This document shows positions 50,560 through 54,272 of a stretch of 54,272 nucleotides of DNA, piece after piece (the first letter of the stretch is position 1; the number at the start of each line of letters is the position of its first letter). Source of the stretch: a virus (lineage: Duplodnaviria > Caudoviricetes); IMG/VR virus record IMGVR_UViG_3300012663_000565, positions 1-54,272 of that record. One strand, 5' to 3'. The notes under the pieces were generated by a model, which was given only the letters and a program-made list of their open reading frames with translations, was not told where the DNA came from and searched no databases. A program made the position numbers and the translations under genes.

Positions 50560-51025
50560 GGTATTAAGCAAGCGTCAGCTAACATCAGACGCCCTAAAAC
50601 CTGGATCACGGATCGCAGGGAAGGAAAACTCTCGCCGCCAAGAGTACTCAGCAACTATCCTTTACAGGACGTAGATCGCAACTGCCGCGGTTTTGCTGTT
50701 TGAAAATAATTTAATAGAGCCCAATGAGGGAAGAAATATCCCAGGTTTATATATTATGTTAGCGTATATTATATAAACTGCCGTTGTTTCCGCAAGGACA
50801 AGAACGTAGCTAGAGGTACCGGACAACCGCCTTAGTAATGCTATAACGCTAGTGACTGTAAGAACTCAGATAATGTGTTTTACATTTTTTGCCCGTGCAA
50901 ACGGGCAATTGTGACTGACGAATCTAGATAATATCTTAAGTGCTTCGCACTTGACTATAGTTCATAATTAAAAAGAATAAATGCTTGAGCGATAGCGATA
51001 AGCAGAAGAACGTAAGTTCTTCTTA
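50560..51025 (+). ncRNA. Candidate large structured non-coding RNA, family not recognised
   Basis: About 500 nt with no ORF and more than 10 stems, three of them closed by GNRA loops on the + strand. It includes a nested 3-way junction. Confidence 0.55.
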
Positions 51026-51034
51026 AGTAAGTAG

Positions 51035-51041
51035 ATAAATA
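51035..51041 (+). promoter_or_regulatory. Late promoter-like box
   Basis: ATAAATA 22 nt upstream of ATG 51063. Confidence 0.6.
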
Positions 51042-51062
51042 TCTTACAGGATTATTAGACAA

Positions 51063-52193
51063 ATGAAGATTTACGACATTATTTCCGAGCCTAACACTAT
51101 TGAATCTTTTTTAGAAGACTTAGATAACACTCTGATTAAGAAAGGGCTTATTACTGAAGCAACAGCGGGTGCTACCCAACCTGTTCCCGGTAGTCCCGCT
51201 GGATTAGTTATTCCAGCAGGTGCTAGAACTGCTACACCTACTCCAGCAGCTCCAAATCCTAATGCACCTTCTCAGAGTTCTGCAAATACTAAACGTGCTA
51301 GGATTGCCGCTAAGAAAGCTAGCCGTACAGCTAGTAAAGTATCAGCATCAAAAATGGGAACAGCATTAAAAGGTAAAATTGCAAAAGAACTTACATTGCT
51401 TGATATTCACGGAGATAAAGTAACTAGATTTATTCCAAAAACTGCATTTAAGTTTATGGTAGTAATCAAGTGGTTAGGCATGTTGCCTTTCTTTTTTGAA
51501 TACTGGCAAGATAAAACTGCAATCAGTAGTCTAGCATCTAAAAACGAGATATCAGCAGAAGATGCAAGTGCCGCACATCGTATAGCGGTTACAGAATTAG
51601 TGACCAAGATTGTTGTCAGCGCCGGTTTTGCTAATTTATTAAAATGGTTATTACGTTTACGCTATTTGAGATATGCAGCAATAGCAGGTGGCGCTGTTGC
51701 ATCAGTAGCTACATTAGGATTGTTCGGCGGCCCAGCGGTTGTTGCTATTCTAGCAACTGAGGCTGCTGCAATTTGGTTACAAACTTTCCTACAATCTGAA
51801 AAAGGAAAAGAAATAGTTGCATATTGTGTTGTTTATGCTATAGATCCTGCACTAACTTGGGTATGGAATAAAGGCCCGGGGGCATGGAGTGAAGCGTTAA
51901 AAGCTCCAGAACTATCTGCTGCCGGAGCAAACAAAGTCATAGCCGCTACAAAAGCAGATGGAAAAGCACCTGCAAAAGTTGCGGCTGCTACTGGTGCAAA
52001 TCAAGCTGCTAACCCTGCAATTGCTGCAACGTCAACTGAGCCAGAAGATCCTACACTAGCGGCTACTAAAGCAACAATTGGAGATATTCTTAAGCCTGGC
52101 GAAAAGAAATGGGGTACTGGTAATGCAGGATTTCCAACAGCTGGCGGTGGAAACGTTGATCCGTCGGAATATAAGAGCAAAGCGCCACGTTAA
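51063..52193 (+). CDS. Hypothetical late protein with hydrophobic segments (possible virion-internal or membrane protein)
   Basis: 376 aa with a late box upstream. Hydrophobic stretches such as AAIAGGAVASVATLGLFGGPAVVAILA; Ala/Pro-rich termini. Confidence 0.65.
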   Translation: MKIYDIISEPNTIESFLEDLDNTLIKKGLITEATAGATQPVPGSPAGLVIPAGARTATPTPAAPNPNAPSQSSANTKRARIAAKKASRTASKVSASKMGTALKGKIAKELTLLDIHGDKVTRFIPKTAFKFMVVIKWLGMLPFFFEYWQDKTAISSLASKNEISAEDASAAHRIAVTELVTKIVVSAGFANLLKWLLRLRYLRYAAIAGGAVASVATLGLFGGPAVVAILATEAAAIWLQTFLQSEKGKEIVAYCVVYAIDPALTWVWNKGPGAWSEALKAPELSAAGANKVIAATKADGKAPAKVAAATGANQAANPAIAATSTEPEDPTLAATKATIGDILKPGEKKWGTGNAGFPTAGGGNVDPSEYKSKAPR

Positions 52194-52429
52194 ATAATTG
52201 GCATTTGCGATTCTTTTGTAGTTTCAATATTCTCTTTAATAATTTCTGACATTATTTTAATGTCGTCTGAAGAATATGTATGAAACAAGTCGTTAACATT
52301 TACACCACCGCGCATAAACCAACTGATTCGGAACAACTCAGTTTTAAATTCTGTTATTTCTTTATCTAGCCTAACAAGATACTTTTCAATTTCTTCATTA
52401 GAAAGACTTGTTAGGCGCTTGCGAAAAAA
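52190..52429 (-). CDS. -1 frame extension of the gp26-like gene (gp51-like position); not in the ORF track
   Basis: An 80-codon open frame, FFRKRLTSLSNEEIEKYLVRLDKEITEFKTELFRISWFMRGG...ESQMPII*. The first ATG is only at 52315, and the frame begins at a slippery site. Confidence 0.65.
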   Translation of the reverse strand, partial: FFRKRLTSLSNEEIEKYLVRLDKEITEFKTELFRISWFMRGGVNVNDLFHTYSSDDIKIMSEIIKENIETTKESQMPII

Positions 52430-53238
52430 CTTGACTGGTCCAAATTAATAGTAATAGAATTTTCTGTACCGCAATTATCGCATTTGATTTCGGTAGATGG
52501 CAACTGCCAGGTGTTATTGTTTGCTTGTACTTGCTTACGGACAGCATCAAAAATTCTACTATCACTATTTTCAATCCATTCTTTAATGTAAGCATACTCT
52601 GTTACTACATTGCCTGGCACTTCAACTTGCTCAACACCTGCAATCATAACTTTATTTTGCAATACACCCAAGTCACTATAAATTTCTGCTATCTGTTGTG
52701 TTTTTTCTTCTGAATCTGCTAGTTCAGAAATTTGAAATAGTCGTTTTTGTAATGCAAAGTTTTCTAAATTAAATTCAGTTACTTGTTTATAGTTAAGTGG
52801 GCGTATTCTAATAGTTAAATCATCTATTACTACTTCGTGATTAAACTTGCATTGAGCAAAATGATCTAAAAACTTACTAACATCAATATCATAATTGTTA
52901 TCAGTAGCACAATTTGTGCAGATATGCGTAATACCCATAACGTTTCCGTAGGTTGCAATACGGATGGCAACTAGTAATGCATCAACATCGAGATTACTAA
53001 CTGCCCACGCATTAGTAATTCCTGGGCAGCAACTTTGAATAACTCTTACAGTACTGTCGCCTGTTAGTAACGCATCAGGAGTTTTAAGCAATATCTCATC
53101 CATACCAGTCATACCAAACACTGGTAAGTTAGCTGGATCGCCACTAATAACACCGGGTTCGTTGTATACGCCCTGTGAAGGAAGCGATACAAATACTTTT
53201 GGTTGTCTAAAATACTGTTGTAACGGGTTATTTGCCAT
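52411..53238 (-). CDS. Baseplate hub assembly chaperone, T4 gp26-like
   Basis: FRQPK..V.LPS.G, MTGMDE, LLVAIRIATYG, two CxxC pairs (CTNC, CDNC), ends ...SSFFASA. Confidence 0.75.
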   Translation of the reverse strand: MANNPLQQYFRQPKVFVSLPSQGVYNEPGVISGDPANLPVFGMTGMDEILLKTPDALLTGDSTVRVIQSCCPGITNAWAVSNLDVDALLVAIRIATYGNVMGITHICTNCATDNNYDIDVSKFLDHFAQCKFNHEVVIDDLTIRIRPLNYKQVTEFNLENFALQKRLFQISELADSEEKTQQIAEIYSDLGVLQNKVMIAGVEQVEVPGNVVTEYAYIKEWIENSDSRIFDAVRKQVQANNNTWQLPSTEIKCDNCGTENSITINLDQSSFFASA

Positions 53239-53250
53239 CTTTATCTCCGG

Positions 53251-53275
53251 ATAAATATTATATCGTGTATTTATA
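53251..53275. promoter_or_regulatory. Pair of face-to-face late promoter boxes
   Basis: ATAAATA on + (53251-53257, toward ATG 53301) and TATAAATA on - (53275-53268, toward ATG 53238). Confidence 0.65.
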
Positions 53276-53300
53276 TACGCATATTTCTAGGATTTTATAA

Positions 53301-54272
53301 ATGGCTAAGACTGAAGCAGAACTATTACAAGAGCTAATAGACTTACAAAAGTCAGGTAACACTAATCGTACCGGTAGTAAAATGCAGTTACCAGCAAGTA
53401 ACGCAGCTAACACTGCTGACGATTTAAAAGCATTTGCTAAAACTCTAGCAACTGAAGGAACAAATATAGCTTCAGCAGTAGGTGAGCAAGTTAATATATG
53501 GCGAGGTGCTACTGATAGCGGTATTGGATTTAACAGTGATGTAATTGGACTACGTGCAAGTATAGGTACTACTCGATTAGGAGTAGACGAGTGGTCTGCT
53601 GCTATTGATCGAGGTAGACAAGGGCTTACTAGTCTTGGCGGCAGCATGGGCGAAAGCGCCAAAGCATTTAACAGACTATCATACGACTTTGCCAATACTG
53701 ATGCAGTAGACCGATTGTCTCAGATGGGTTATTCTCTCAAGGAAAGCAATGAAATCCTTGCGTTAAGTACAGCAGGCAAACGTATTGATGTTATTAATGA
53801 TAAAGAAGCTAGCAAACAAGCTAGGGATTCTGCTGAAGCACTTGCAGGTGAAATGGATAAAGTTGCGCAACTAACAGGGGTTACCCGTAAAGCGCAAATG
53901 GATCAATTGCAAGAGCAACAGCGTGATGCTAGATTGCAAGCAACACTTGAAATTGAATTACGCCGTGGTGGCACTGAAGTTGCAGACATGTACAAAAAAT
54001 CAAGCGTACAACTGCAAGGAATGGGTCTTGAAAAATTAGGTAAAGAATTATTTACAGGGCAGGCGCTAAGTGAAAAAGCAATTGCGCAGTTAAATGCGTT
54101 AGGCCCTGCTGGCACGCAATTACGTAATGCAATGAATGCTGTTCGAACTGCTAGAACTGCCGAAGCAAGAATGCAAGCAGACGAGATGATGAAAGATGCT
54201 CAAGCTGCTGTTGCTCGTAGACAAAACGAAGACTCGTATCTTGCATTAGTTCAACGAGGACAAGGTGCAGTT
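53301..54272 (+). CDS. Tape-measure-like protein, 5' part; runs off the window
   Basis: ATG 53301 (MAKTEAELLQELIDLQKSG...) appears open to the window end. Ala/Gln/Leu-rich helical composition; adjacent to the gp26-like chaperone. Confidence 0.6.
   Translation, partial: MAKTEAELLQELIDLQKSGNTNRTGSKMQLPASNAANTADDLKAFAKTLATEGTNIASAVGEQVNIWRGATDSGIGFNSDVIGLRASIGTTRLGVDEWSAAIDRGRQGLTSLGGSMGESAKAFNRLSYDFANTDAVDRLSQMGYSLKESNEILALSTAGKRIDVINDKEASKQARDSAEALAGEMDKVAQLTGVTRKAQMDQLQEQQRDARLQATLEIELRRGGTEVADMYKKSSVQLQGMGLEKLGKELFTGQALSEKAIAQLNALGPAGTQLRNAMNAVRTARTAEARMQADEMMKDAQAAVARRQNEDSYLALVQRGQGAV

Noticed and set aside
50852-50932. Mini CRISPR array
   Set aside because: There are only two imperfect copies with variable middles, and no cas gene is in the window.
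50550-51030. Structured region as RNase P RNA, tmRNA, tRNA, or a group I/II intron
   Set aside because: I could not find the RNase P P4 signature (GAGGAAAGUCC), a tRNA cloverleaf with T-loop, a group II domain V, or group I core elements. The flanking genes are not interrupted. A cmscan is still needed.
52398-52595. 65-aa minus-strand ORF overlapping the gp26-like 3' end as the frameshift partner
   Set aside because: It lies in the other alternative frame and stops at 52398. The long open, protein-like extension is in the -1 frame ending at 52190.
683-54115. Many short opposite-strand or alternate-frame ORFs in the track (e.g. 683-1051, 19245-19652, 37958-38362, 53258-53695)
   Set aside because: They are shadows of longer motif-bearing genes and lack recognisable motifs. 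53258-53695 is antisense to the tape-measure-like ORF.

Overview
This window is a 54 kb segment of a large, AT-rich, T4-like (myovirus-type) bacteriophage genome, read in the standard code. From left to right: (1) a + strand block with the 3' part of an AAA+ ATPase, an HExxH/vWA protein, four hypothetical genes and thyX; (2) a - strand block (3958-46143) with four glycosyltransferase-like genes, a prolyl-4-hydroxylase-type 2OG-Fe(II) oxygenase, five fibre/appendage genes, a 4886-aa baseplate protein and gp6-, gp25-, gp5-, hub-, gp53- and gp48/54-like genes; (3) a + strand block with a gp55-like late sigma factor, the gp47/gp46 (Mre11/Rad50) pair, an Hc1-like protein and a GIY-YIG protein; (4) a ~500-nt ORF-free, hairpin-dense region; (5) a membrane-like protein, a gp26-like chaperone and the start of a tape-measure-like gene. 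The most notable observations are a candidate large structured ncRNA right after the GIY-YIG gene, a canonical -1 frameshift signal (T TTT TTC, 6-nt spacer, 10-bp stem) at the end of the gp26-like gene, and a P4H plus glycosyltransferase cassette next to polyproline-rich fibre genes (possible hydroxyproline-linked virion glycosylation). There are also overlapping early and late promoter arrangements. All homology calls come from motif recognition by eye; no database search was run.
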